In this document: positions 1 to 15,264 of the stretch, in pieces | Layout of the letters: each line of letters begins with the position of its first letter | How positions within the stretch are numbered: position 1 is the first letter of the stretch | Notes under the pieces: generated by a model | The model's database searches: none | Seen by the model: only the letters and a program-made list of their open reading frames with translations | Told to the model about the DNA's origin: nothing | Translations under genes and position numbers: made by a program | Source: Chrysomallon squamiferum | Taxonomy: Eukaryota; Animalia; Mollusca | Direction of reading: 5' to 3' | Length of the DNA stretch: 64,000 bases | NCBI GenBank assembly: GCA_012295275.1 | Contig: CM022670.1 | Span: 28,644,001 to 28,708,000, forward strand

Positions 1-2226
1 AAAATTATATTCACACCAAACTCTTTTTCCTATCTATTTTAAAGTTTATTTATTTAATAAAAATTGAAAATTTGTGAATAATGTATATGAATCTTTAGTT
101 CTTTATGGGTTTTCACTAAACTTTTCCAATATTAGAGCTGCATAATATGCTATTACTAATGTACATTGGAATTCATTTTAATATGTACATTATAATTATC
201 TTAGGTTAATGCTGTTTATTTTCTTGCTGATCAAGATGGGATCTCACTGGGAAACTGCAGCCAAATACAACATTCCTTTTCTTCTGCTATGTAACATGTA
301 TTCCACTTAGACATCCAAGCAAAAGTTCTGGATTGTATTGCTGTATTGTGTGAGGTTATTAATTTTTTATGTAATCTTTGAAATTGTTCTGTGCTTAGGT
401 ACAGGATATATAGCAACCTGTTTTACAGATTTACATAGTTTATTGAAATTTCTGCACACATAAATTATGTATTGCTCTACAGGTTAATGAATCTGATTTG
501 TTATTATGTTTTCATGTTCTCTTCCGATATTATTAAATTTAAGGGGAAATTTTACTTTTGTGCAAAAAGATATTAGCAGAGAGGTTGGTTATTTGTGAAG
601 AATAACATTCATTTACATTCATGCATACCCTTGGACTCAATTATAGTTTCATTCTGTCTCTGTTCATAATCATATTGTACTTCTTCACCTGATCATTTTA
701 TTATCTCAAACATCTAGGCAAAGTCAGTTTTATTTTCACCTTGTAGCATCTGGCAATTTTAAACAAATAATGTCCTAAACAAAGAATCATAAATGACAGT
801 GGGCAAAAGAAGTAACAGTAATTTATCTGACAGATTACTACCAGTACATACATTCATCCATACACACACACAGGTTCATATTTCTTCTTTCTTTCTTTTT
901 TTCAGTAAGGTAAAACAAATACAATTCTCAGGTAACTTGTTTCAAAGTTTTTAAATAAATACCTTGTTGCCTTAGAGATTTTTGTATTCAAAGGGAAATA
1001 GTGTAAATATATTCTGCACACCTCCAAATTAATTTTTATTATTTTTTTTTTATTCTAGATAACAAAGTATAAGAATAAAATAATACAGTTTAAAATATCT
1101 GTTTAAAATATCTGTATTTCTGTAATGAAATCATTGACAGAGGAGAAATATTTGCTTTCAGTCTGTTATGTACAGGATGACATTGCTACTCCAGTCGTTT
1201 GTAACAGGTATTAATTTATTGTCAGAGCTGATTAAAAAGCCTATTCTGAGCTTTTCTGCTGACAGATAAATATGAGATGTCAAGATGTCAATCACACATA
1301 CATAGAAGTGAGAAAAAGATATTTAAAGAAATATTATTGCTTTAAAATATCTGTATTAAACTTGTATATTTAACTGGATAAAACTTTTTAATTTCCCCTT
1401 CTCAGATATATATTGTTAGATATCTAAAGATGTGGTAATAAATAAACTGAATTTAACTTTTGTTCTCTTTAATATATCTTTAAACTAGTAATGTGAATCT
1501 GGAGTTGTGACCATATATATGCTATTTGGTAACAAACCTTTTTTAGTTTTGTTGCAATTGTACAAAAATTAAGCAACGTTTTTATTATTATTATTATTGA
1601 TTATATTTTTACTTATTCATTTTTCACTCTGGTTAGCAAGAACTTTTTATGGTTTTTCTATGTAAAATATGAATAACAAACAAGAACAAAAAAATCAATT
1701 AATGTTTTTATTTCTGATTTTTTTGACAAATCGACTAGTGTACAGCATGGTGTATTTTTGCTGATAAATACAATTCCCATTTCCCTGAGCAGAAGTCCCA
1801 GCTTTTTTTCAGTATAATAACATGGGCTACAAAGATTACAGTTTTGGTTTTGTGCCAACATATTTATCTATTGCATAATAATTATTATTATCAACTGGTA
1901 AATCAAGAACATTTTGTATTTTTGTTTCCCCAACTAATTTGTCAGATTTGGCATTCCCACAACATAAAATACTGCAGCCTTAATGCTATCAAGATAGAGC
2001 TTGTGCAATATTTGTTAAAAATTAAGACTTTTTTTTGGGGGGGTTGTTTTTCTTTTTTGCTTTTTTTGTTTTGTTTATGTTTATGAGAAAACTTCCATTT
2101 TCATCTTTGTAGGAATAAAGTCTTTATTTCTTAAAGAAATTAAGGAAAGCACTTAGGTTACTGGCCCAAAATTCTAGTGTTCTGTAGGGATAACTTTTTT
2201 CAATCAAGAAATAAAGCCAAGTATGA

Positions 2227-2272
<46 letters not shown>

Positions 2273-3217
2273 GTGTCTGAGTTTGTGTGTTAAGAACACA
2301 AAGAAGAAGCCAGAGAAAAAAATTCATGCAATTTGTCTAAAACTCAATTTATAAATTAATATAAACATTTCAGACATAACATTCATGATGAATAATATTT
2401 CTGTCATTCTGTACAGCCACTGCAGCCATGAACTGATCAAGGAGGCACAAATACTCTCTTTTCATAACTGCCAGTTTATCATCTGTTATTTCAAATAGTC
2501 TTTCCATTCACCCAAGAAACAATTATCAGTTCATTTTCTTAGTCAAAATATTAAGTATATCTTTTTCATCTTTCTGGAATCAGTATTTGTATACTATTAA
2601 AACAAAGATAAGGTTGTTCCAAAGTCTCCAGTAAATATTGCTCAATCTTCCCTGAACAGAAAACACATAGGCAAATGATTGTCAAATATTTAGATTGCAG
2701 CCTGTACATTATCAAAAAATAATTTATATATGATATATGAGAACATAATAACTATCTAAAAGGTATCACACATTCTGATTTAGTTATAATCATACATTTT
2801 TTTTTTTCATAATGTTACCTCATGTTATTTCAGCCTTAGCTCCATTTAGAATGAACAAATATTTCATCTTATTTAAACACTGTATATCCACTCATATAAG
2901 GTACTGACATTTATGTGTATATATGGACTTGATGGGAAATACAGTAACATACCTTTAACAAGATTAAATAAAGCACAATTTTAGTTTCATGTATTACGAC
3001 AATTCCAACTTTGCTTTCGTACATTTTGATTCTTTTTTTCAAAGTCACCTATTCCAGACTTTAAGAAATAATGTTAACAACAGACACACATATTTTCCTG
3101 AGTTTTTCATAAACTGCAGTCGGAAGGCAATTGAAAACTGCATTTCCAATGCTTTTATGAAAATAATAATGATAACCCTCAGCTGTTGTGTTTTAGAACA
3201 GTTTTTGTATGTAACTG

Positions 3218-5044
3218 TCATATCCACGTGATGTATGTAGTTCTTTGATAAGTCACACCGGGAGCACTGTCTGTGACGTCATCTCTGTCGCTGCAGTTTC
3301 CGCACGGAACTGAGGCTGATGAGCCTGTACAGAACACATCGGAGGAATCATCGAGCCTGATAGAAATGGTGTCGTAATTAGGAGGACTGCAGTCTTTGTG
3401 TGGGTCATCCTGAGAGTAATATGGAAGCTGGACTCCGTAAGGAGGATTATACGTGTCTAAATCTGACACCGAGGTGAATGTTCTACGCATTCTGTGATTC
3501 TGAAAAACAATTATATATATATAAAAACAAATAAATAAATGAACTACAACAACAATAACAAGGAACACTATATAATAATAAATAAATACTATTATGACAG
3601 ATTTTAAATAACTTTTAAATAATCAAATAAAGTTATTCTTTCACCATGACATTGTTTTTTACATGGATATTTAAAAATGAAACTATAGACTGACAGGATA
3701 AATTGTTTTGAAGTTACCAGTATGTGAAATTTTGTTACAGTATTATGTAAAAGAAAATGTCAACATCCAAGTACAATGATGAATGTATTTTTGACTTTTT
3801 TTTTTTTTTTTATTATTATTTTTTTATTAGTCAATATTTATTGCCAGCAACAAACAGTGATTATGAACCATATGATACATTTTTATGCAAAACAGTAAAT
3901 TATCACAGATATACACTTACCGGTTTATATAAATAATCATAAGTTCCCCGTCCTTCTGAAAGTTCTTGATATTGAGAAACAACACAGGCAAAACAGTAAC
4001 ACTGAAATAAATAAATAATTACAGTGTGAAATTAAAATATTTATTACAATAAATAAATATAACTACTACTACTACTACTACTACTACCAATAATAATAAT
4101 AACAGTAAATGAAACAAATAATACTAGTAATAGTAGTAGTAGCAGTACTAGAAATAGTAAATCAGAAAATAAAAGATAAATTAAGAAAATATCTTAATAA
4201 AACTGAGAGTATCACCAAAATGTATGTATTTTTTCTTTATGTTTATTTACTAATATTTATACATTTATTTAGTCTACGTTTACTTATATATTTATACTTA
4301 CATTTGCTATTAAACGAAAGCAGTAGAAACACACTGAAATTATTTCCCACGTACTTAGTGTCTGCAAACAGAGTAAAAATTTGACACAATTATTTCGGTG
4401 AAAATTAATTAAAAGCAAGAAGAAGAACAAGAAAAATGTGTAGAATATATTTTCAAAAGTCTTTATGTAGCAAAATAAACTACAGAGATTGAGTCTACAA
4501 TAATATTCACGTGAGAGGTGGCAGTAATTGTACATTGTTGAGCTAACTTTAAAACTGTTAGTAAAGGTAAATAAGTCTCTTTATTTATTTAATTATTTAT
4601 TCGTTTGTTTCTTTGTTTTGTTATGTTTTCTGCACGCACCTTTTCATGCTGAACGTGTACTGTTGTCAGTAAAGCTACTGCTCCTGTTTCATATAAAACT
4701 GTGACGACAAGTACGTAGACCCAAGGCAACAATAAATATTTTCTGTCCTGTAAAATTAAAAAAACCAACATTTGTTAATAATAATAATAATAATAATAAT
4801 AATGATGATGATGATGATGATGAATAAAGATGATGATGCTTTTCTCTCATATATATACGAAGTGACTTTTTTCTTTGATTTTTCTTTATTTTATTTTATT
4901 TTATTTTATTTTATTTTATTTTATTTTATTTTATTTATTTTGTTTTGTTACAGGATTAGTATTCCATGCAAATAAAACAATTATTTGAAGTATAAAATAG
5001 GTGTGCGTCTGTGTGTGTGTGTGTGTGTGTCTGTGTCTGTGTCT

Positions 5045-5076
<32 letters not shown>

Positions 5077-7341
5077 CTGTGTCTGTGTCTGTCTGTGTGT
5101 GTGTGTGTGTGTGTGTTGGAGGTTTAGACAATGCATACCATATAAACGCCTGGAAGAAGTACAAGAGACACGGCTATCATGAGAGAATACAGAACGAAAC
5201 CAGCGTACACAATGCCTCGAAATTCTGAAATCATGAAATCTTTAAAATAAAAGTTGATTTATTTAGTTAAACAAAATAATTTATAATAATAAAAATAAAA
5301 ATTCATTTTCAACTACTCTGTTTCAGTCTGTTGATGAACATCATTATACTAATAAAAGTTAGTATTTTAAAAATTAATATACCATCGTTAATTTTGCCCT
5401 ATTCTAATTCGTCTGTCTGATTTTTAAGAAGATAGTGTCGATAATAATTAATTTTGTAGAAATTTGACAGTATTTACCAATTGAAGTACTGATTGCATCA
5501 AGTCCTATGTATCTGAATAAATAAAACGCCAAACACAGGACGGATATCACCTGAAACAAAATAAACATAAACATTAAACTTTCAATAAAAATGTCCTTTT
5601 TCTAAAGTTACTTTCCTCACTGGATCAAGAAGAAACAATAAACAAATAAGCTAATAAAATAAATAAATAAAAAAGTAATAATAAAATAATATAAAAAAAA
5701 TAATAATATTAAAATAAAATAAAATAAAATAAATATTTAAATAATTAAAAATTATAACAATAATTGTAATAGTGGTAGTTATCGTAATAACAAAAGTAAT
5801 AATATTAGAAGTAATAGCTGTAATAGTAATAGCAGAAGTAACATCAGTAATAGTTGTTGTAGTAATAGCACCAGGGGCAGTAGTAGTAATAACAACAATA
5901 CGAGTATAACTGTTTAAGTGACGGGGCGATAGTAGAAGTAGTAGCATTAGTAATAGTAACAGTATAGTGCTATTAGCAATGTTAGAAGTTGTAAAGGTAG
6001 TAGTAGTAGTAGTAGTTGTAGTTTTTATTGTAAAAATTGTAGTATAAGCAGTAAAATTATTTATAATAGTAGCAGAGAAGTACTACTGTACTATTAGTAG
6101 CAGTAAGAATACTAGTAGTTTTTTAAAGTAGTTGTAAATGTAGCTGATTAATAGTAAAAATACTACTAAAGTAGTAAAAGTAGTAGTAGTAGTAGTAGTA
6201 GTAGTAATAGTGGTAGTAATAGTAGTAACTGGGGAAGCAATTTATAACCTGCTATTATATTTTCTTAATTCTTGAAAAGGAGCACACGTACGACGTATAA
6301 TTTCTGTATAAGGAAAGGTTTTCTCGTTTTGTGTACCATGTTTGTTTGTCACTGATTACTTACAGCTGCAAGTTTACTTTCCTAAACGAACCTTTCCTCA
6401 GATTAGCACTATAAGCAGATTAGAAATGTACAGAAGAAATAAAGCCAAAGTGTTAGACGTTAACGTTTTATTTATGATTTACCTGAGTAGCCTTTTGTAG
6501 TAATAATACTCGCTTAGCTTGCGTGACATTTTGTGTTGTTCGTGTATGTATTTGTATGAACCATGATCTACTGTTCATGCATACACTACTCACACACATA
6601 TATACACACGTACATTCATAAAATCATCGTCCGTCCGAACGTACGTACGTAAACATATAGCATTGTGATATATACGTAGTTATAACATACATATGTATTA
6701 ATATTTGTGGCTGCATAGAAGTGTGTGTGTGTGTGTGCATACATACATACATACATACGTATGTCTATACACACACACACATAAACAAACATACATACAT
6801 ACACAACAAGAAGAGATTTAAGTATATTATACATGAATGCTTTATTTGTAGATTATATATAAGTATAAAATATCTAGGATATGTAAAATAATCGGTTAAT
6901 CTCTTCAAAAGCCTGCGCCAAGAGCTCGAAGAACTGAACTTTCAACTAAGCCCCGAGGCACCAAGTACAAACCTATTTTCTTTTTCTTTTTCTTGTCATT
7001 CATTTCCCTTCTTTATTGATGCATTTGTTCGTTTTTATAATCAAGGAAATTATTGTCAATATATTTTATTTTGTGACATTGTCTGATGGGAATTTTTGTG
7101 ATCGTTAAGTACAAGCAATTACTGTAGAATCACAGGAGTTTAATAAAAACGTCATTTGTGCGTCATTTTAATGGTTTCCGCGTTTTGTTACAGATTTGTT
7201 GTGTTTTATGAACCGACATTACTAATGAGCTTCGTTGTTTGTTTTAGTGTGTGTGCATTTTAGTGCATATGTAGGTAGTATGTAGTTACAATATATATCT
7301 TCGTGTGTGTGTGTGTGTATGTGTATGTGTATATGTATATG

Positions 7342-7392
<51 letters not shown>

Positions 7393-9443
7393 TCTATATC
7401 ATACATACATGCATACTGTATTAATTAAATAATTCAAAAGGATCGATAACACTTCTATTAGCATATTTACCGTATAGGAATTTGCAACGAAGATACGATT
7501 AGTATTTACAATATAAGTATTTGTATAGAAGACAGGACCAATATTTACAATATAACTATTTGCATACAAAATAGGACCATTATTTGCACATTTGCAACAT
7601 ATTTGTAAAAAAGATGACCAAATCTTAGCATATCATTGACAACACATAGATCTATACACAGAGGACAGAACTACTATTACCAAATTTGCCACAAAAAAAG
7701 AAAAAAGAAAAAAGTCGGTTGACGTGTGATCATATTTTCATTTGACATTTTTGCTGACATTTTCTGTCCATACCTCATGCTGAAAAGTGACAACACAGGT
7801 GTAGATCTGGATTTATTTCACAGGGGCGGTTTCGCCACCTCCCCCCCACCGAAATTTACTAATATAAAATCTTTCATCACTTGAAGTTTGGACTGTTGAG
7901 AATTAGTGAATATATAATCATGTATACTAGAACGAATTACAAAATTTATTTCTCCATATAGTGGATGATAAAAAAAAAATTATATCATTTTGAAAGAAAT
8001 GTATTCAGTTTGTATGTGTGTGTCTGTATATATATTTTTAGTAAAAAAAAATCTTTAAAATGATAATGATGATGACGATGATTGTGATAAAATTAATAAT
8101 AATAATACTAATAAAATTTCAAAATATATCAATAATTAAAATAAAATAATAAAGTAATCAAATAAATTTTTTGTAAGAATTGTATTGTTTATGTGTATGA
8201 GTGTTTGTATATATTTTTTATTATAATAAAAATCTTTAAAATAACAATAATATCAACAAGAACAAAAACCAACAACAATAAAATAAAATAAATATATATA
8301 TATATATATAAATATAATAATAATAATAGTTTATAATAATGATTATAATAACATTTAAAAATATATAAATAAATAATTAAAATAAATTAATAAAGAAATA
8401 AGGTAAAAATAAAAAGTAATGTGGCAGATGTTTCTGCCCATCTTATTTTCCAAAATTACTTTACAAATCAACATGGAGGAAATGCACTCAAGACACTACA
8501 GACGGCAAACGCATGGTTTTAACATTTTTCAAGAATAACTACGAATACTGTTAATCTTCTGATAAATAGCTTGATTATGGAAGGTCAAACAGTCTGAATG
8601 TTGTTGTGCGTGTGTTAACAGAAGATGTTAAAAAGTTTTAAGACAATTCAAGGCGGCTTATCTTGGAAATCGCGAGTTCACGGTGGCCGTTCTTTGTAAG
8701 GTCAGTCGTGACGGCGCTCCCCGTCACGGCATATTTTCTGAGGCCTTTCTTTTTCTTTATTTCCCTTATATTCTTTTCATCTTTCATTCTAACTTTTTTC
8801 TCAACGCATATCTGTTTTCATCTCTCTCTCTAATATTAAACATACACAAAGTACACGTTCAAATACAAGATCTAAGTAATGTGCAATTTCACAACACATT
8901 CATTTTGTACTTTGGAAAAAAACCACTATTGTATTACAGCCTCTAGCAATGGATATTTTAATGTGTAATTATTTCACAACACTGGAAAGAGATAACAGGA
9001 CCTTTAAGTACTCAGCCGATGCTTCTCTCGCGTGGCAATTTATCTACAACGATAAGATGATGGTTTATGATTTCTGATTTGCTTGTATATGAAAGCCAAA
9101 GTTTTTATTGCTGGTGATGACGTCGCTGGCGGTGACACGGGTGTCTGTATATTACGTCATCTGAGTTGTGTAACTGGAACATTCTTTGTTAAGGTTAATT
9201 AAACAAACAGATTTGGCTCTAAATATCTGCAGGTTCCTCCAAGAGCATAAATCAGTTTAATGTGTCGAGATAAGCGATAGTTTATTGGTTCCTTGTTAAC
9301 CGTGTGATTTGTGTATTACAATATTTTTATTCTTTTTACTATCCCGTTATACTGGATAATTTTGTGTCGTTATAGTATTTAAATAACTGATACATGATAC
9401 TGTACGTTTCCAAAGTTACGTGTATTAAATATTACTTGAATTG

Positions 9444-9531
<88 letters not shown>

Positions 9532-10815
9532 CATTGTTCTCTCAGTTTTTATCTCTATGACTGTTGTGTGAGCGAGATATTAAAAGTGTATACCCATTAT
9601 GTCTAGTTTTTAGAACTTGGAATACGTCAGCAAATAAACGACCCGTGGCGCACCTGTAATCTACCTGTGTCACGCTGTTGATTAGTTTACCTTTCCCAGG
9701 TGCGACAGTTAGAGCTTGCTTATTACAGCTCCCTTCAGCCCATACTATTTATTAATAGGACTGATTTCTCAGAAGATTGTCTTTAAAAAGGCGAAGCAAA
9801 TAGTATGTCCTTGTACAAACTGACCTACCTATGAACTTCAGAGAAAACGTCTATAAAACAAATTCGTTAAGTACAAATTTGCTCTAAAAACATATGTCAT
9901 GGCCCATTGAACTCGATAAATGCAATATTGCTTATAACTGGTTGGTCGAGTGTGTATTATTATCGTTTACTTTATAACTTAGTATTTATGATTTGGCAAA
10001 AATTCAAATTTGTTTTCTGTCATAAACAGTGATTAAGTGTTTAGAAAAAGGTAGAAGAATTAATTTTGAATGGGTAGCTTATTTTTGTATTATTAGTATG
10101 TTAACTGAACACTTAAATTCATATCTTGTAAAACTGAGGAAATCTAAGCTGAGATTGGTTTAGATTTCTATTGTTCTCTGTTATTCGTGTTTATATATAT
10201 TTCTTCAGTTGACATACACATAGGCCGAGATGCAGAAGCACACACACATATACAGAAATATATACAGGCTTCGAAACTGGATCTGATCTCATATGAACGT
10301 TTTAGTTACATGGGCCAGTTAGTTTCAACGCAGTATAAAATGAGTATATATAAAACGGAGTATTGCATATATATGAATATGTCGGGAAAAAATGAAAAAT
10401 GAAAATCTGCTTCTCTTATTTTGATATTACAGTTGTTTTAAATAACTTTGAATAGTTTTTAATCTAATTTAAAATAAATTTAAAAAAATGTGAGAAAAAG
10501 AAGGAATGAAAAAGAAACCAAATATAAGTCCACACATCTAAAAGAAAAATTAAAGCTGTAGAAGGTAAATTAATAATAGTTATTTAAAACACCATAAAAT
10601 CAAGTAATATAAAGAACTGCAATAACCATAATTTAAAACTATTAATTAAAAGTGTTTAATTTAATATTCTGCTGATATGAATAAGTGAAAGCAAGACAGT
10701 TACAAGATCATCATTTAAAACAGATGTAACCTGTCAAATAATTTTATGTCCTCCAGTTCTTGAGAAATATTTTTAAAAATATATTTATAAAAGCTCATTT
10801 TATATTCTGCTGATA

Positions 10816-10851
<36 letters not shown>

Positions 10852-10873
10852 TGTATGTATGTATGTATGTATG

Positions 10874-10909
<36 letters not shown>

Positions 10910-12043
10910 AATAGTCGCAAAGTAATGATATATTTCTTTTTATAGTTCAGCGTATTTTAATAATTGGATAATTAGGGATGCGCCATTTGTTTAAATTTAT
11001 GAAAATGAAGATATTTTATACATTATTTTAATTGTGTTATTCATGCAGTGTATGTCTGTGTAACAGAATAACATGTAGAATAATATGTCACTGTGCTAAT
11101 GGCTATTAAACAACCTATTATGGTGACAGCATAACACGAAGTACATTTTACCGATTAACAGTTATTATTTCTTTCAGTTCTCTCTTTTCAAGGTTGCTCT
11201 TTAGTTCAAGTTGTTTTTTCATCTTGTCACGTTTATTCTGGAGGAACTGGAAACCACAAGTAATACTTTACAGAAAAACAGACTTGGAGTAATATCATCA
11301 CTATAAAAGTTAACATAAAAATGTATTGAATTAGGAATCACGGACATCTGTTCATCATGACTGACAAACTGTCTATGCAGCAGCCAGGTCTACCTTAAAC
11401 AGGCATTCATTTCAAATCAACGTGATGATGATGATGATGATTAATATTATTGTTATTGTTATTGTTATTTCATGCAACAGTGACTTTGTTTTCTTACGTT
11501 CTTGCACACAAGTACACGCACTCATATACAGATTCAGAAGGCTGAGCTTGAAACATTTTGTGTCTACAATTCTCTATAATTGCATCACAGTTACCTCTCC
11601 CTGTAAAATATCAGGACATGTACCTGATATTTAATTTTATTTCTCAAGAACTGGAGGATATAAAATTAGCTGACAGGTGACATCTATTTTAACTGATGAG
11701 CTTGTAACTCTTTGGCTTTCACTCAATCACCTTGCTTTTTTCATAAAAACAGAATATTAAAATCTGCTTTATTTTACACTGACTTTATAGTGACTTGAAA
11801 TTATTGAAAATAGTTTTTAATCTACAGATTGATAAGAAAAAAATGTGTTTTCTATTGAGGAAAGGATTTTATAATTGTCGAGTTGCTTGTTTTTGTTTGT
11901 TGTTTTTTTGTTGGTTTTACTGTACGTTTTTTTTTTTTACATATATATGTTCTCTTTTGGATTGCAAGTTGTTTGACATTGACTTTTTATTTGTTTGTTT
12001 GTTCTTTCGTTTCTTTGCTTGCTTGTTTATTTTGTCCATTCTA

Positions 12044-12115
<72 letters not shown>

Positions 12116-15100
12116 AATTTTATTGATTTATTGGTTTAATTTGATTTGATTTCTTTTTTCCTTGTTTCCTTGTTTGTTTGTTTGTTTGTTTGTTTGTTTC
12201 CTTCTTTCTTTCCATTTCTTTTCTTCTTCTAGTTGCTGCCAGGGTTTATGTTTATTAGGTCAGAAACGTTTACATTCCTTCGACAATTGTTATGAACTCC
12301 GTGGCCGACGCGTCCGATTAAATTAACTGAAACGTAATTGACACTTCAGCCCCTTATTTCGGACGTCGGGGATGCACAAATCATATCAGATGCCCGTCGT
12401 TAAACTTTTAACCCGAAAAGCAAATAACAGTAACCATAGCAACGTAATCCACATCGGAATTTCCACCGGGTACTTTCTTGCTACCCGGTCCGTTGACGAG
12501 TCACAATGTAAAGGTCGCATACCTGACGCAGTCACGTGACTGACGGGTCATTCGTGACATGTCACTTTGAGGTGAGAACACCTTTGAACGTGTACGAGTT
12601 CTTTTGGTGTAAACATAAGTCCTTTCACATTGATGAATTTTTTCTGTCAAGAATCTACAGCCTGCTTCAGCCACAGGCCGGCAAAACATTGAAAAAGACA
12701 TACATTTTGCCTTTACACCGCAGAGTTAACAAGAGACGAAATGTCATAAATTATTCTGAAGTGGAGTCACTTTCTCTGACCCACCTGTAGCCACCCACGT
12801 GACTTTTATAATAGCCGTTTACTATTGCGCCTTTACAAGTCAAATTACTCAAATATCGTAAACTTGTCTGTATCCACGCGTATTATACCCTACTGTTTTA
12901 TCATTGTTTGTTATCACCACAGCATTCCTAACTCGAACATATTTGACATTTACTCACCAGTCATGATACTGGTCGTTAACTATTCTCAAATAAAATCTCT
13001 TCCTAAGAAATGTCGATATCCACCCAAGACGATACTATACTTATTTTATCACTGCACATAAATTGTAAATTTTAACATTTTCGTTTCACTGAAAAATCGC
13101 GAAACAGAAATATCTGCGTCGAAGAAGAATCACTAACTCAAAACCACCATAACAGACCAGTAATATATTCAACTATAACGTGCCTCCACATACAAACCTC
13201 AAATCATTCCAAACTGACCTTTACTGGTTAGTCTTGATAATGAAACCTTTTCAGAAGTGGTTTTACTGTCTCTGATCCATTGTATTCGCCCAAGGAATCA
13301 GTATGATATAACACTTCAAGGTATAATCTTTGTTATAAAACTTCAAAAGCATTCTGCATTCAAACATATTTGTCATTTAGGACTTCATAACAATATTCTG
13401 AAACACCGAAATAATTCTAACGTGAATGAAATGTAGCCAACTATCGCCAAAAAACGTGATAGTTTTATATCGATTTAACTTATGTTTGTGTGTGCGTGTG
13501 CGTGTGTATGTGTGAAATAAGTCATGACTACATAGTTGTTATTCAAAATGTATATATTTTTTCTAAGTACATATATCTGCTAAAATGAGAAAAGCAGGAT
13601 GGAAATGGCAGAGACAGAGACGCAGATACTATGAACATACACATACATACGTACATACATACGTACATACACACACACACACACATACCCACCCACACAT
13701 ACATACATACATATACATTCATACATACACATACATACACACACACATACATACATACATACCCACACACATACATACATACCCACACACACACATACAC
13801 ACACACACACATACATACGTACATACATATTTATGCTCAAAGATACTTACACAAACACAGAGATACACGAAGATACATATGTACGAATAGGCATCTCAAA
13901 GAAAAGTCAGACAAATGCATCAAAACCATGTTTAAGACCTTTTGAAGTTGATAAACGTATTACCGTTTTTTTAAAAGGTTGTTTGGGAACTGTTACACTA
14001 GTATTTTGTTATTAAATCAAGCTTTTATAGTTGCTTTTTCATTAACTGCCGTCTGGGTTAAGTTTACCTTGTCAACAAAAGTAAATAACATAAAGGTAAC
14101 AGAATTTATCGTCATAGATAATGCTGTTTACATGTGTAATTAATTTTAAAATGGTTGCTGAGTTTTAAATTCAGTATTTATTGGGGTTTTTCGTCTGACA
14201 GAAAATTTAGAACAATGACCTGAAATTATGTGATTCTTATTTTTATTTGTAAAGAAAAACTATTAAACTACAAAAAGATAGGCTGAGATGTAGATAAATA
14301 ATAATAGACAAATATTCTATTTAAGTTAAAGCTTTATGTATGTACATATGTTTATGCATGTATGTATGTATGTACATGCGTTTGTGTGCGCGTGTCTGAA
14401 TGTATGAGCTTTGTATTTGTATAAGTAATTGCATAACGTTTAGAATCGGTATATATAGTCTTCAGTTTCTTCTTAATTTATGGAAATTTTAAGTATACCA
14501 TAATACTGTATTTTAACTTTTATTTTTAGTTTTGGAAGATGATTTTCTAATTATTAATTTTCTTTTTATTATTATTATTATTATTACTGTTATTGTTACT
14601 GTCACTGTTACTGTTACTGTTGTTGTTGTTGTTGTTGTTGTTGTTGTAGTAGTTGTTGTTGTTATATTTTTATTTATTTAAAAATAACAGCCAACACTTT
14701 GTTGCTGTTGGCTGCATACTGCCTTTTTCGTTCTCTTTGTCATTATTTCAACAAAACTGACATGTCATGTCGTCTGCATGTGACACGAGCAATCCATCAC
14801 AACTGTCAACACATATAACTGAACTTTTTCTTATAAAAGTCTACCAAAAATAGATGCTTTTTGAAACTTCACGTTATGTATACAGAACATAATTTTTTTT
14901 TTTTTTTTTTTAAATTATGTTAATATATCTCATTAATTTATTATTCACATCTCTATCATAAAGTTATTTGAAAAATATCTTCTTAAAAAGATTTGAAAGA
15001 AAGTAGCCAAATTACAGAAATGCTTTCATTATCTTTTTCTTCTCAAAGACTATGGGTAATTTTAGATTAATAATTTATGCTAGAGGAATTTATATATTAG

Positions 15101-15230
15101 TTTTCATTTATTATTGATTTCCTGACAATGTATTGTCTAAATCTAAGAAACGTCTGTTTAGAAATTCAAGAACAATAAATTCCAAGAAAAAAAACGATTT
15201 TTCATTTGAAAGTATTAATTTTTTAAACAA

Positions 15231-15264
<34 letters not shown>

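Noticed and set aside
1-3217. Additional coding exons at the window start
   Set aside because: UTR-like AT-rich sequence with only short motif-less ORFs; probably 3' UTRs.
9446-12112. (GA)n and (CT)n tracts as an intron-bridging pair
   Set aside because: They are complementary but far from the splice sites, and such tracts are abundant here, so chance is sufficient.
13543-13945. His/Thr/Tyr- or Cys/Val-rich ORFs (also 4931-5228, 15836-16222, 22168-22518, 9394-9606, 11795-12149, 19000-19236)
   Set aside because: These are translations of microsatellites that lack stop codons.
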